Positions 13,836 to 27,670 of a stretch of DNA of 64,000 bases are shown here, one piece after another. The stretch covers positions 610,228 through 674,227 of the forward strand of contig NMRA01000217.1 in assembly GCA_002633005.1 (NCBI GenBank). The letters run 5' to 3'. The notes beneath the pieces are model-generated. The model saw only the letters and a list, made by a program, of their open reading frames with translations. It was not told the DNA's origin and ran no database searches. Source of the DNA: Phoronis australis. Lineage: Eukaryota > Animalia > Phoronida. The position numbers and the translations under genes are program-made. The stretch's first letter is position 1. Each line of letters opens with the position of its first letter.

Positions 13836-15349
13836 AGGGACTGCAATGTATCGTTATGCCAAGTACAATACGTGTCGCCAATATCGAATATTGTTACCCC
13901 AGCGTCATTGTATGGATTTCATGCATACATGGAACTCAAATTCAAAATACGTAGACCTTACTAGAAAAATCCATTGGTCAATGAGTTGAGAGTTACCTTA
14001 CTAGAAACATGTCTGGTATTTGATTGTGTATTTTGTCTAGTAAAACACATTCCTAGTGAAAATGAACATTATTTGAAATCTAGGTTATGCCTTTTTACAG
14101 CACAAAATCCCATAGATTTTCTTCTTGCATACCACTTAAGTGGCCTATGTGTGTATTGTTTATGGATTTTTTACGAGTCCGTGGTACCTCAAGTGTTTGA
14201 GATAGCTCAGTTTTTGGTGATATTTTATATGGTTTTGGTTTCACCTGCGTTGATGCAGACTGCAATATTTAAGTCATGGTCACGCGGTGCTCAGTGCCCC
14301 ACGACTCGGTCAAATTATGCCATATTTTCACATATTGAAAGTCGCTCTGTGTCAAAACCAGAGTCCAATTACCGACTGACATCCATTTTGAAAATACTGA
14401 TGATGCACTCACAGTTGGTGCCCCGTTTGGCTTCACTATGTACACGTGTCGTGATGGTGTTTGGATGCTACATGTATATGCCATGGCGATAGATCGTTTT
14501 GCGAATGCCTTAATTCACAGCTCCCATGTTGGAGCTGGCTCTGTAGTCGTTGCGTCACGACTTTTTACATTATGCAACATTTGTCTCGTGTGTACTATAC
14601 ATGTATATGTACTTAATGTAACTCAATTTTGTCAAACATAGAAAGTTCCCATATGTCATATTCAGTACAGTCGCCGACTGACATTCATTTTGAAAATTAT
14701 GAGAGTGCACTCCAATTGGTGCCTATTTTGTCTACACTAAGAACTCGTGTAGTGCTGGTGTTGCGATGCTATTTGCTATGCGATAGACCGTTTTCGAATA
14801 TCTTATTTCACGGGCCTCTAGTGGAGTTGGCCCTGTTACGGTTATGATGAATAACACTGAATATTCTGTCTAAAGGCATCGGTGTGCATGTCTCACTTTC
14901 GACCTTTTTGCTCTTGATTGTATCATCTTTAAATGAGCCGGAATGTGTAATGAATATTGTGTTTTCTGATTTCACGAGAACACGAAGTTATGAGAAATAG
15001 ACCAGTTCAACTTTTTACTAGCTGAAGCAGTGGCTGCATAATCAAATCGTTTCTCAATAGACGCTGCTAAATATTTATGTATTTCTCATCGTCCAGTCTG
15101 GCAACTGTTATTCTGTAACCAATCAGATATCCGAACTTTTGTTCTGCTAGTCAGTCACCATCATTTTACAGGGCCACCCTTCTTACCTCGTACCCCAGAA
15201 GACAATGCAGATTTTCAATTAACTGATGAGTAATTTGAAATATTTAGTTAAACTATCTTCATTTCTGTGACATCAGTTGAATGGTGTATTAGAATTCATG
15301 ACAGGGACAATTCTAAAATTTGTACAGAAACAAAGAACTTAAATCTCAC

Positions 15350-15469
15350 CCGTGAAGGTGCAAAATCCGCAGAACTTTCGGCAATTATCTCTTGCCCACG
15401 ATTCGTAAGCGCCAGTACATGCAGAAGATGAGTACATTTTACAGTCATCTTTCTTATCTTCACACTTAG
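15350..15469 (-). CDS. ShKT exon 4: AKCEDKKDDCKMYSSSACTGAYESWARDNCRKFCGFCTFT
   Basis: gtgcag acceptor, gtgag donor, 120 bp, phase 1-1. Six Cys ending C-x3-C-x2-C (ShKT pattern). Confidence 0.93.
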
Positions 15470-15909
15470 CTGCACACAAATCAATGAATTATTAGTGTGG
15501 AAATAAAAACACCAACCGTTACATATAAATGTGCAAATAAGATAAACAACAAAAAGGTTACTCACCATTTAACCGTTAGAAAATGGTAGCCGTATTGTTC
15601 GTTATTGGAAATAGAAATGATGTCTCAGCTTGTGGAGTTTTGTCAGGACGCTAATTCTTCAGACCACATTCAGATAAGATTTTTATTACGGCGTATTAGT
15701 TTTAAGCGCTGGGACTGCAGTTTGACCAGCCCCTTGGCAAGTGAAGGCGTTTTAACTAACTCTTATCAAACAGATCAAAATAGTACTTTGACGTGTTATT
15801 TTATAAGCCTGGAAGGCATGCTTTTTACCAGCTTCGCTATCCCTGCGCACTATTCATGTAGTCTACTAACAATAAAAATACGATTTGTTTTTGTAACTAG
15901 GGCACGTAC

Positions 15910-15927
15910 CTTGGACTGTAGTTGGAC
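15910..15927 (-). CDS. 18-bp microexon (G)PTTVQ
   Basis: tatttcag GTCCAACTACAGTCCAAG gtacgt; phase 1-1; homologous to 31761-31778. Confidence 0.75.
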
Positions 15928-18677
15928 CTGAAATACAGGACACCCAGATCTCATGTAAGCCGTTACTTTGCACAAACATGCACGTTCAGTATTAATTAAC
16001 CCATACATACAATTTAAATATGGAGACTTGACAGATATTTCACAAGGAAACCGTTCAATCCAACATTGACGACAACGCAAACCGTTGTTCATGTCTATCT
16101 GTATATATTGAAAGGAGACTTTAGATCGCCGTGTCGTTTTTTCAGGTAACGCAATTCCATGAACTCAAACCGGTCTCCTTCACGCATAGTAAAGTTGAGG
16201 TCTGGGATCGTTTTGGATACAAAAAGAGACACGGTGGGGATCCTAACGCTTTTCGGTGTCTTTTTGTTAAACATTGTATACCAAAACAGGCATAAGAAAC
16301 AATACCACTTAATGACCCGTAAAGGGGCATTTCATGTCTAAAATTATTAAGATAAACAAGTGAAGATGAATATGCTCAATACCCATGCATATTTTAAAAC
16401 CTGTAGACACTGATTTAAAGAGAAATAGCACCAGCCTGCCTGAATGGAGAACAGCTATCAGAGGATATCAAATGGTATCTCAAAATGCATAAAAGTAGAG
16501 ACAAATTATCAAAAAATGTGCCTTTCACATCCAATGTGTCATGTCATATATTCTATTAAACTAAAGCAATACGATATACATGTTATAAGAATAACAACGT
16601 AGCAAATAAATCTGGCACTAAAAGAGGCGATCCAAATCCTCTAAAGGATACTATTGCTTGACGAAATGTAAAATATATATAGGTAAATAAAACAACAATA
16701 ATGGATCAACTGAAATTTTCCGATGTAATAACATCATTCGTCAACAGAAACAGAAATAAAGTATAATGAAAAATGATATGGCATACTTGCCATAATAAAT
16801 ATGATAGATTGTTACGGAAAAAATAAAACATATGATTTAAGAAGTCTTCATGTTCAATACATGTGGTGCAAGTCTGTTAAGCTTATGTATCCAAAATTTT
16901 CCCTTTTGCGTCTGTGAGGGGTACTGGGGTATTGGAGTTTTTCTATTATTTGAAGAGAAAGATGTTGTGGAATATTGTTTTTGGAATTGAAACAATTGCC
17001 TATGATATCAGAACTGTTTTTATGTATCATGTTAAATCTATGATTGTGAAACTGAGTTTGTAAATTATTGAATTTGTTCTACATATTGAACGGAACATTT
17101 TCTACATGTTATTAGGTAAATGGTATTGTTGTTTTATTTACCTATATATATATATATACATACATATATATATAAGAAATGCAAAGCGCATGAATTATGA
17201 AGAAAAAATCATAATGTAATATGTTAGGGATTTAGGAGGAGCAAAGGGAATAATTAAACATATAGTCAACAGCGCATTTTCTTAAATTTTATACCACAAT
17301 TTTTAGAAAATGACAAAATGCGTTATCTTAGACAAGACAGAAATGACACAGAATTTCATTAATGATTTGTTCAGGATGGAAAGATCCTTGCCTGTGAATT
17401 AAACTATCTTGATAGTTTTTGTATTGCAGGCTTTTTAAAATCATGATGTGTTAAAGTTTGTATCTACTTCTAATGACGACAAAAATATCTCAAATGAAAT
17501 GTCAAAAAATTCCTGAATCTTCGTGGGGAATGGATAAAATTTCTTTTGTATTTTTTAAACAATGCTGTTAAAAAACTGAGAAATCCAACATCACTAATCA
17601 TAAACCAGTCCTTAAAGCAGGTATATTTCCAAAAATTAACACTGCGAAGACTACGCATTGATACAGGTGACGAAATTGATATCAATACCAATTTCACTGT
17701 TGACGGAATTTAATGCTAGTCCATATTTGGAATCATTTAATTCATCAACAATCAGTTGCTTATCATAGCTCAATTAATTACGATGTGACATGATTCATTT
17801 TTGTTTGTTTATCTTGTTTATTCAATGCACTGTGGCTTTCAGTGGTGTAACCCATCTTTATTCCATGTATTTGAAAAAACTGATATTGTTTACGTCACGT
17901 AATCAACTATGATAAACGGGAAAGTAGAGCCAATGGATATCCCAAAGTAGAGGCCGTATACAACTGTAGAAGCCCCATTTCACAGTTCGGGAGCAGTCTC
18001 CTGGTAGAGTAAATTCGCGAGTGCAATGGCAATTTGACTCATTCGTTTAGGTTACTTAAATCAGTAATCCTAGGTTTCGTTCCTGAAAAAGCGGTTTTAC
18101 TGCTCTAAAAGAGAAAAGATTTACAGATGAAAATTCCTTTGCAAGGTGATCAGGCGACCAGTTTGGGCCTCGCCGAAGTTTCAGTCATCATACATGTAAA
18201 TAGCTCAAGATAAGTAGAGTCCTCTGCCAGCAAAATCAGCCAAAATCTAGTTCAAATCCAACAAAAACGTTTCGTTGTGGATGCATACAGTATATCTACA
18301 CTGAAAGCTAAAAGGTCTTAACAGGAAATTGAGACCTAATAAAAAGCAAGCGTTTTTCATTGAGCCAATTGTCTGCTTGCAGCGATCAACTCTCGTTGGG
18401 ACCTCCTCTGATGAAATGAATTCTTGTTAGGATATAGCGGTAGAATTCTTAAATATGTGGGATAACCTATATTTACATGTCATAACGGTGCTTGCGATCT
18501 ATCTAATAAAAGACTTATACATTTTTACAATATTTCTGTTATATCTACAATTAAATAAGTTTGTTTACTGATTTAACATTTAATTCAATTCAATAAGCCC
18601 AATCCAATATGTTAGGAGTCTACAGTGTGTGTCTTGACAATTTACAATTTGAAGGAAAGTAAAACTTTAAGGCTTAC

Positions 18678-18797
18678 CAGTAACTGTGCAAAATCCGCAG
18701 AACTTTTCGCAATTTTGTCTTGCCCAGGGTTCGTAGTCGCCAGTACATGCGGAAGATCCGTAATTTGCACAGTTAGTGTTCTTATCTTCACACTTAG
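18678..18797 (-). CDS. ShKT exon 3: xKCEDKNTNCANYGSSACTGDYEPWARQNCEKFCGFCTVT
   Basis: CAGCAG tandem acceptor, gtaagc donor, 120 bp, phase 1-1; six Cys. Confidence 0.93.
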
Positions 18798-19486
18798 CTG
18801 CTGATACGTCATTGATTTACGGGAATGTAAAGAAACATCACTGACAGTTAAATGTGCAATCAACAAAAACTCTTGGCTTAACCGCCATTCAACCGCTTTG
18901 AAATCGGCTTCATATTGTTCACTATTGAGACTAAAAATGATGCTTCAGCCAGTGGAGGTTTGTCAGCTCCCTATTGCTGTAGACCACGTTCAAAGCATTT
19001 TTTGTCAAGGAGGTTTTGTTTTAGTCGCCTACTGAAATGTGAGGCGCTTCTGAACAAGAACAGACACTTTAACTGTAAATAAAACCTAACAAAAGGATGT
19101 AGTTGTACTTTACTGAAAAAATATATCAGCCGTAACATGCTTTTAGACATCTTCATTACAATTGTGAAACTTATTCTTTAAGCATATTAACGACATCAGG
19201 TGCGTTGAAATGCGATCTATAGCAACAACGCAAAGAATGTGTTCAACGGATGTTGATCAGTATCAAAATGGTAGGTAGAAGGCGCAGAATATGTCATTCA
19301 CATCCGAAATTGGTTGGGAAGGTGTTGTCGTCTACCGAGAAAAAAGCTACTCACTAAATTCCAGGGGTTACAGAAGCGAACGGGAAGGAGAAGCGGTAAC
19401 AAATCCATGCTGATTCGACGAAAAATTAGATACATGTATATACCAACCAAATAGCCACGACCAATTGTTCATAATGCAGACAGCAC

Positions 19487-19793
19487 GTGAGATGATCTAC
19501 ATGTATCTTCATGACGAATTTCAAAAGCATCCCTAAGGGGACCCCGACAACGAGACTCAAAATCATGATAATGCATACTTCGGAAAGTCTCCGATGACTC
19601 AAGAAACAAGATGAAGAAAAAATCGAAGAATTCGAAAACNGTGAGATGATCTACATGTATCTTCATGACGAATTTCAAAAGCCTCCCTAAGGGGACCCCG
19701 ACAACGAGACTCAAAGTGATGATAATGCATACTTCGGAAAGTCTCCGATGACTCAAGAAACAAGATGAAGAAAAAATCGAAGAATTCGAAAAC
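19487..19793. repeat. 153-bp near-identical tandem duplicate across single N at 19640 (likely assembly overlap)
   Basis: 19487-19639 vs 19641-19793. The paralogous unit at ~24050 has only one copy. Confidence 0.85.
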
Positions 19794-20594
19794 ATCCATC
19801 GAATTTCACAAAAATCTTTCCAGATAGAGAGCAGCCATATCTGACATCAACGAAAACATGAAAGATGTCAGGCACAACAACATATGGCGCCTGATTCCAT
19901 CCGAAAACCAAAATGTCAAGCTATGGACGAGACTCATAAACATCTCATATCCATCATACGAAAATGCGACCTGTAATAAGAAAATGAAAGGACAACAAAC
20001 GTGGAGCCGGAAGTAAGTCGATAACAGAACAGTCCTTGTTCAAGTTCATGTTGAGTGTTCCGAAAACATTGAGTTGGTTCCAGAAAAAGACTCCACATTG
20101 CTGTTAGCTCTTAGCAATATTCATATACTTGTACATGGACCAAATGCTGGACAGACCCGTAAAAAGACAAAAGAGATACAACAAACACAGTGGGACTAAG
20201 CATTCATCAGGATATTCTCGAATAGCTGGAGCCGGAGAACGGTAAAGAACCAGATGAAACGTTTTCTTAAGCCATCGACGAGGTCTGTGTACATGCCAAT
20301 TTTCAAAAGACTGCAGATCTAGAGCTCCGAGAAGCGAAAATTCCAAAAATCCTCTCAACAAACGTCATTTCGAGTCCGATTTTCATGTACAAACCAGATA
20401 TTGAATGGAAATTTCATGCTTATGGCTTAACCAAGAAAACAAAACCATTTGACTTGGAGAACTTTCAGTTATCCCAAGCAGAAATAGTATATGGAGGATT
20501 AAACTTGTGGATCAAGTTATATTCATGGACAAAAAAGAAAGAAAAAATTACGTCGACTGGCAACTATCAGATAAACGTACATGTAGATACTTAC

Positions 20595-20615
20595 GGGTCG
20601 TTGTTGTTTTCGCAA
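20595..20615 (-). CDS. 21-bp microexon (I)AKTTTT
   Basis: ctcgttttag TTGCGAAAACAACAACGACCC gtaagt. Confidence 0.78.
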
Positions 20616-20752
20616 CTAAAACGAGATTATGATATTTGCAATTAAACAAAATATCAAATACAAATATAATAACAAGACGATTTAGGCCAAAGCAACGAAA
20701 AGACGCCCTATACGTGTTTTTGGTAACTATAAGAGTAAGCAAAGGTCCTTAC

Positions 20753-20773
20753 TTGTACTTGATGTTGTTGCAA
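20753..20773 (-). CDS. 21-bp microexon (I)ATTSST
   Basis: ttgtttcag TTGCAACAACATCAAGTACAA gtaagg. Confidence 0.78.
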
Positions 20774-21899
20774 CTGAAACAAGAACATATTAGTTGCTGC
20801 TTGCTTCATCAACAGATTTCGAAAATTTCGTAAACCCTCACTGAACGTTGAGGAACTGCCGCGGGGTACGTACCCGGAAATTCAACCATCACGGCGTTGG
20901 GCGACTTTCACATAAGACAAATACCTACTGGACACGCGAGTCTGCTCTGGCTTAAGCCCGGTGATTGAAAACAGAAAGTGGCGTGAGAATGCCGGTGGTC
21001 TTGAATAGCGCATCGTGAGCGCGCTATCGTCATCCCTATATCACGCAAGTCTACATAACGCGCGGCACAGTTCCACGAGCGGTTATCAACGGCACAGTTC
21101 TAATAAACTTAGGGAGAGAGAGAACTTTAAGGTGAGTGCCTATAATTTCATTATTTTAGTATTTGGTTTATTTTTTATATTCGTTTACAACATACTCCAT
21201 ATAACGAAATACTTTTTACAGTAGTTAACATTATGTTTTAAGGCCTTTATTGTAAATTTCGGATAGGCAGTTGGAATTATTAGTTTATCACATTTTTGTA
21301 TATGTCACTGCCTTTTGAACCTTTAATGAAGAGTATTATCAAATGGCATCACATGTCAACTTAATATATCAAGACTTTTAATTTCGGATGAATGCATGAC
21401 TAAATTCTTCACACCAATTGAAATTCTTCACACCAACTGTTAGGCAACCATATCCTAAAATCTTTTGTCTTGATAGGTAGAAATCTTTTTTGAATCCTTG
21501 AAATTATTTCCCCTCTGGTTAAATTATTCATTTATGAACCTCTCTGATTAATTTTCTTTTCATGTTACTGTTACATCGAATAATTTTTGCATTTTCTAGT
21601 TTTAGAATTAAAAACAAATTTTTAAACCTGCAAATATGCGACATGATGACTGTCTGTGAATTAAGTTATTTATCGTTTGCTTTTTCTATAATCATACACC
21701 ACCAAGAACCGGTAAAGGGCTGTTTAATGATTTAACTCTGATTCAATTCGACTGAAAAGCTGCAGAGTTGCAGTAAATTTCATAACAATAAGCAACACCG
21801 GAGCAAATGAATTCAAACATGCGCGGTAAAACTCCAGCAGCGCGAAATCGAAGTTGGCATTCCAGGCAAGAGTTCTGTAGAGTTAACAAAAATACTTAC

Positions 21900-21920
21900 T
21901 TGTAGATGATGTTGTTGGAA
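21900..21920 (-). CDS. 21-bp microexon (V)PTTSST
   Basis: ttttgtttcag TTCCAACAACATCATCTACAA gtaagt. Confidence 0.78.
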
Positions 21921-23143
21921 CTGAAACAAAAAGATACTCTTACGAAATCACGGCTTTCTTGATCACCTAATTTTTCAAATCCTCATTGAGGGTAAGCGGG
22001 CTGTGAAATTCAACCGTCACTACCCTTAGGGGTTTCACAGACTACATTTATGTTGTACTTGCACTGAAAGTTGTCAATACAACGTATGTGACATGTTTTT
22101 TGTCTCCTATTCTACAACGACGACGAGAAAACCTAAAGACGCTTTTATTGGTCGCCAACGCATCAGAGCCTCATCGAACTATCAGCTGTTAAGTCTAACA
22201 CATTTCAATAAATGTTAATTTGATATTTAGACGTCACAGGCTTTACAATCAAGCTGTAAAATGAAACTCTGTTGCCACGTCATCCTCTTATTCAATCAGC
22301 TGTTGTTGTAGGCCTTGTTCAAAAGCCCTATTTTCATTAATGCCACTTAACCGCTCTTTACTGTCTTTTCTTTCTAAACCAAGCTAAATGAATGAATTTG
22401 CCAATTTGTCTGCGTTAATGGTTTGGTATGCTGTGCTTGATTTGTCCAGGTTCTGCTATACTTGGTATCACGCAACTTTTCATGTTTTTAGCTACATTTT
22501 GATAAATATTTCAAAACTACTTTCAGTAGACACTGCACTTATACTACTGAATGTGTGCTGATAAGCCTAGTGCATGTAGTTCCAGAAATCAGTGATTGAT
22601 AGCAAGCGTGTATAAAGAGATATCCATTCAGGCTCTGTTGGCTGACCGAGATTACACACCCCGTTTGGCGATTTGTCGAGTACACAGAATGAGCTAAAAT
22701 GGTATCTACATGTAGGCTATGTCCAGGTTATGATGTTTCATAACATTACATGTAGGTGAAGAGCACTGTAACTGTGACACTTGTTGTAGTGTCGCACTCA
22801 AACGTGTCGCACTCGACACATTTTATCTCCCAGACTGCAATACAGGGTTTTTCCAAGTACGACATTACAAGTGGTAGTTACTGATACCTGTTGTCGCCCT
22901 CGCCAATTTGAAAGGTCGTTTCTTTAGCAGGGTTTTTGGAACAACATTGGTTGAGAAATCAGACTAAGAATAACCTGAGAAATTTAAAGACAGCCAAACA
23001 CTGTGGATGTTGTAAGTTAAAAAAAAAGATCTGGAAAATAGGCGTTGTTGGCAATAATCACGCCACATAAAGCCCGCACTCCGACCGCATGACACAACCG
23101 TTCCATAGCTAGTGGAAAATGAAACTAAGAGGTTTAAACTCAC

Positions 23144-23263
23144 CCGTGACAGTACAAAATCCGCAGAACCTTTCGCAATATTGTCTTGCCCACGATTTGT
23201 ATACGCCAGAACATGCGTAAGATCCGTAACTTGCACAGTTAGTTTTCTTATCTTCACAATTAC
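23144..23263 (-). CDS. ShKT exon 2: xNCEDKKTNCASYGSYACSGVYKSWARQYCERFCGFCTVT
   Basis: tgacag acceptor, gtgagt donor, 120 bp, phase 1-1. Visible in ORF 23109..23324. Confidence 0.93.
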
Positions 23264-24994
23264 CTGTCAACACGTCATTGAATTTAGGAAATGGAAAAGA
23301 CAACACTGACAGTTTAAGGTGCAATCAACAAGAATTCTTGATTTGACCGCCATTCAACCGCTTCGAAATCGGCTGCATATTGTTCATTATTGAGAACACA
23401 AATAATAATTCAGCCAGTAGAGGTTTGTCAGGTCCCTATGGCTGTAGACCACGTTCAAAGTTTTTTTGTCCTTGAGGGTAAGTTTTAGTCACTTACAGCG
23501 ATGTGAGGTGCTTCTGTACAAGAACAGACACTTTAACTATAAATAAAACCTATCAAAAGGATGTAGTTATGCATCATTAAAAATACATCAGCCGTAACAT
23601 GCTTTTAATCAGCTTCACTACAATAGTGAAACTTATTCTTGAAGCGTACTAACGATATCAGAAGCAATGAAAAGTGATCTACAACAGGAACGCGAACAGT
23701 GTGTTCTACGGTTGTTGATAAGTATCAAAAATGGCAAGTAGATGGTGCAGAATATGTCATTCACATCGGAAAATGGTTAGGAATTTGTTGTCGTCTACCG
23801 AGAAAAAAGCTATTCACGAAATGTTCAATCAGAGATTACAGAGGCGAAGGTGAAAAAAATTGGCTTGCGAAGGAGAAGCGGTAACAAACCCATGCTGATC
23901 CGACGAAGAATTTGACATGAACCGAGAATGATACATTTTTGTCCCAGCCAAATTAACTCGAGGAATTGTTCAGTAAAGGTACATACATCTGACTAATCAA
24001 TCTATGAGTGAGAAAAGGATGACACAATGCAGACAGCACTTGACAATAAATATCTACATGACAAATTGCAAAAGGATTCCTAAAGGGTCCCGACATGGAA
24101 ACTGAAAATCATGAGAAAGCAGACATCGGAAAGTGTCCAATGACTCAAGGAACATAAGATGAAGAAAAAAATCGAATGGCAATTTCCCATGGCTTTTGAA
24201 AACATCCATAGAATTTCAAAGAAAATCTTTCCAGACAGACAGCAGCCATAGCTGACATCACAGAAAACATGAAAGATGAGAGGCACAACGGATCTTGCGC
24301 CTGCTTCCATCCAAAAACCAAAAGTTTGAGCTATAGACGAGACTCGTAAACATCTCATATCCATAATACGATAATGCGACCTGTAGCAGGAAAATGAAAG
24401 ATTAACAAATTTGGAGCCGGAAGTAAGTCGATAACAGGACAGTTGTTGCCTCAGTTAATGATAGGTGTCCCGAAAACATTAAGTTGGTTCCAGAAACAGT
24501 ATTAACAATGGTGTTAGCTCTGAGCAAGATCTACATACATGTACATACACCAAATGCCGGACAGACCCGTAAAAAGACGAAAGTGATACGGAACAAAATT
24601 CAGTGGAACTAGGAATTCATCAGAATATTCTCGAATAACTGGAGAAAGGTAAAGAACCAAATGAAACGTTTTCTTAATCAATTGGCGAGGTCTGTGTACA
24701 TGACAAGTTTCAAAAGACTGCAGATCTAGAGCTCCGAGAAGCTATAATTCAAAAACCCTCTCAACAAACGTCATCTTGAGTCCGATTTACTTGTACAAAT
24801 CACATATTGAGTTAAAATTCCATGCTCATGGCTTAACCAAGAAAATAAAACCATTTGACTTGGAGAAATTTCAATTATCCCAAGTAGAAATGAATTATGG
24901 AGGATTATACTTGTGGAACGAATTATATCCATGGACAAAAAAGAAAGAAAAAATTACGCAGACTGGTAATGATTAGATAAACGTAGATACTTAC

Positions 24995-25012
24995 GGGTCG
25001 TTGTTGTCGCAA
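24995..25012 (-). CDS. 18-bp microexon (I)ATTTT
   Basis: cattttag TTGCGACAACAACGACCC gtaagt. Paralogue of 20595-20615 with an in-frame 3-bp length difference. Confidence 0.78.
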
Positions 25013-25149
25013 CTAAAATGAGATTATGACAGTTGCAATTAAACAAAGTATCAAACAAAAATGTAATAGTAAGACGATTTAGGCCAAAGCAATGAAAAGA
25101 CGCCCTATACGTGTTTTTGGTAACTGTAAGAGTAAGCAAAGGTACTTAC

Positions 25150-25170
25150 TTGTACTTGATGTTGTTGCAA
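25150..25170 (-). CDS. 21-bp microexon (V)ATTSST
   Basis: ttgtttcag TTGCAACAACATCAAGTACAA gtaagt. Confidence 0.78.
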
Positions 25171-26308
25171 CTGAAACAAGAACACACTAGTTGCTGCTTG
25201 CTTCATCAACAAATTTCGAAAATTCCGTAAACCCTCACTGAACGTTGAGGGGCTGCCGCGGAGTACGAACCCGGAAATTCAACCATCAAAGATAATCTTA
25301 TTACGGCTCTGGGCGACTTTTACATAACACATCTGTATATGCGAGTCTGCTCTGGCTTAAGCCCGGTGATTGAAAACAGAAAGTGGCGTGAGAATGCCGG
25401 TGGCCTTGAATAGCGCATTGTGAGCGCGCTATCGTCATCCTTATATCGCGCAAGTCAACATAACGCGCAGCACAGTTCCACGAGCGGCTATCAACGGCAC
25501 AGTTCTAATTAACTTAGGTAGAGAGAGAACTTTAAGGTGAGTGTACATAATTTCATTATTTTATTATTTGCTTCATATTTGATACTTGTTTACAATATAC
25601 TCCATATAACGAAATACTTTTTAGTTAACACTTTGGTTTAAGGCCTTGATTGTAAATTTCGGATAGGTAGTTGGAATTATTAGTTCATCAAATTTTTTGT
25701 AAATGTCACTGCCTTCTGAACTTTTACTGAAGAGTATTATCAAATGGCACCACATGTCCACTTAATATATCAAGACATTTAATTTCGGATGAATGCCTGA
25801 CTAAATTCTTCACACCAACTAAAATTCGTCACACCAACTGTTAGGCAACCATATCCTAAAATCTTTTGTCTTGATAGGTAGAAATCTTTTTTGAATCCTT
25901 GAAATGATTTCCCCTCTGGTTAAATTATTCATTTATGAACCTCTCTGGTTAATTTTCTTTTCATGTTACTGTTACATCCAATAATTTTCGCATTTTCTAT
26001 TTTTAGAATTAAAAACATATCTTTAAACCTGTCCGATATGCGAAATGACGACTGTCTGTGAATTATATTATCTATCGTTTGCTCTTTCTATAATCATACA
26101 CCACCAAGAACTGATAAAGAGCTGTTTAATGGTATACATGTAACTCTGATGCAATTCGGTTGAAAAGGTGCAGAATTGCAGTAAATTCCTTAACAATACC
26201 CAACCCCAGAACAAATGAATTCAAACATGCCCGGTACAACCCCAGCAGCGCGAAATCGAAGTTTGCATTCCAGGGCAAGAGTTCTGTGGAGTTAACATAT
26301 ATACTTAC

Positions 26309-26329
26309 CTGTAGATGGTGTTGTTGGAA
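26309..26329 (-). CDS. 21-bp microexon (V)PTTPST
   Basis: tttctttcag TTCCAACAACACCATCTACAG gtaagt. Confidence 0.78.
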
Positions 26330-27550
26330 CTGAAAGAAAAAGATACTCTTAATAAATCACAGCTACTGCTTTCTTTATCACCTAATTTTTCAAATCCTCA
26401 TCGAGGGCAAGCGGGCTGTGAAATTCAACCATGACTACCCTCAGGGGTTTCACAGACTACATATATGTTGTACTTGCACTGAAAGTTGTCAATACAACGT
26501 ATGTGATACGTTTTTGTCTCCTATTCTAAAACGACGACGAGAAAACCTAAAGACGCTTTCATTGGTCGCCAAAGCATCAGAGCCTCATCGAACTATCAGT
26601 TGCTAGGCGTAACACATTTCAATAAATGTTAATTTGATACTTAGACGTCGCATGCTTTAGAATGAAGCTGTAAAATGAAACTCTGTTGCCACCCCATCCT
26701 CTTAATTAATCTGTTGTTGTTGTAGCCTTGTTCAAATGCCACTTAACAGCTCTATAATTTCTTTTCTTTCTGAACCAAGCTAAATGAATGGATTTGCCAA
26801 TTTGTCTGCGTTAATGGTTTGGCTTGCTGTGCTTGATTTTTCCAGGTTCTGCAATACTTGGTATGATACACCTTTTCAGGTTTTTAGCTACATTTTGATA
26901 AATATTTCAAAACTACTTTCAGTAGACTCTGCGCTTATACTACTGCATGTGTGCTGATAAGCCTGATCAAATGTACAGCGTAGTTTCAGAAATCAGGCAA
27001 TTCATAGCAAGCGTGTATATAGAGATGTCCGTTGAGGCTCTGTCTGCTAACCGAGATTACACACCCCGTTTGGCGATTTGTCGAGTACACAGGATGAGCT
27101 AAAATGGTACGTACATGAACGCTATGTCCAGGGTATAATGTTTCATAACATTACATGTAGGTGAAGAGCACTGTAACTGTGACACTTGCTGTAGTGTCGC
27201 ACTTGAACGTGTCGTACTCGACACATTTATCTCCCACACTGCAATACAGGGTTTTTCCAAGTACGACACTGCAAGTGGTAGTTACTGATACCTATTGTCG
27301 CCCTCGCCAACTGGAATGTCGTTTCTTTAGCAGGGTTTTTGGGACAACATTGGTTGAGAAATCAGACTAAGAATGACCTGGGAACTTCTAAGACAGCCAA
27401 AATCTGTGGATGTTGTAAGTTTAAAGGGAAAGATCTGGAAAATAGACGTCGTTGGTAATAATCACGCCGCATAAAGCCCGCACTCCGACCGCATGACACA
27501 ACCGTTCCATAGCTAGTGGTGGAAAATGAAACTAAGATGTTTAAACTCAC

Positions 27551-27670
27551 CGGTGACAATACAAAATCCACAGAACCTTTCGCAATTTTGTCTTGCCCAC
27601 GATTTGTAGACGCCAGAACATGCGTAAGATCCGTAACTTGCACAGTTAGTTTTCTTATCTTCACACTTAG
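27551..27670 (-). CDS. ShKT exon 1: AKCEDKKTNCASYGSYACSGVYKSWARQNCERFCGFCIVT
   Basis: ggacag acceptor, gtgagt donor, 120 bp, phase 1-1; six Cys. Confidence 0.93.

Noticed and set aside
17170-17790. Minus-strand ORF fragment (MKLVLISISSP...)
   Set aside because: AT-rich with stops; probably a decayed LINE remnant, too degraded to call.
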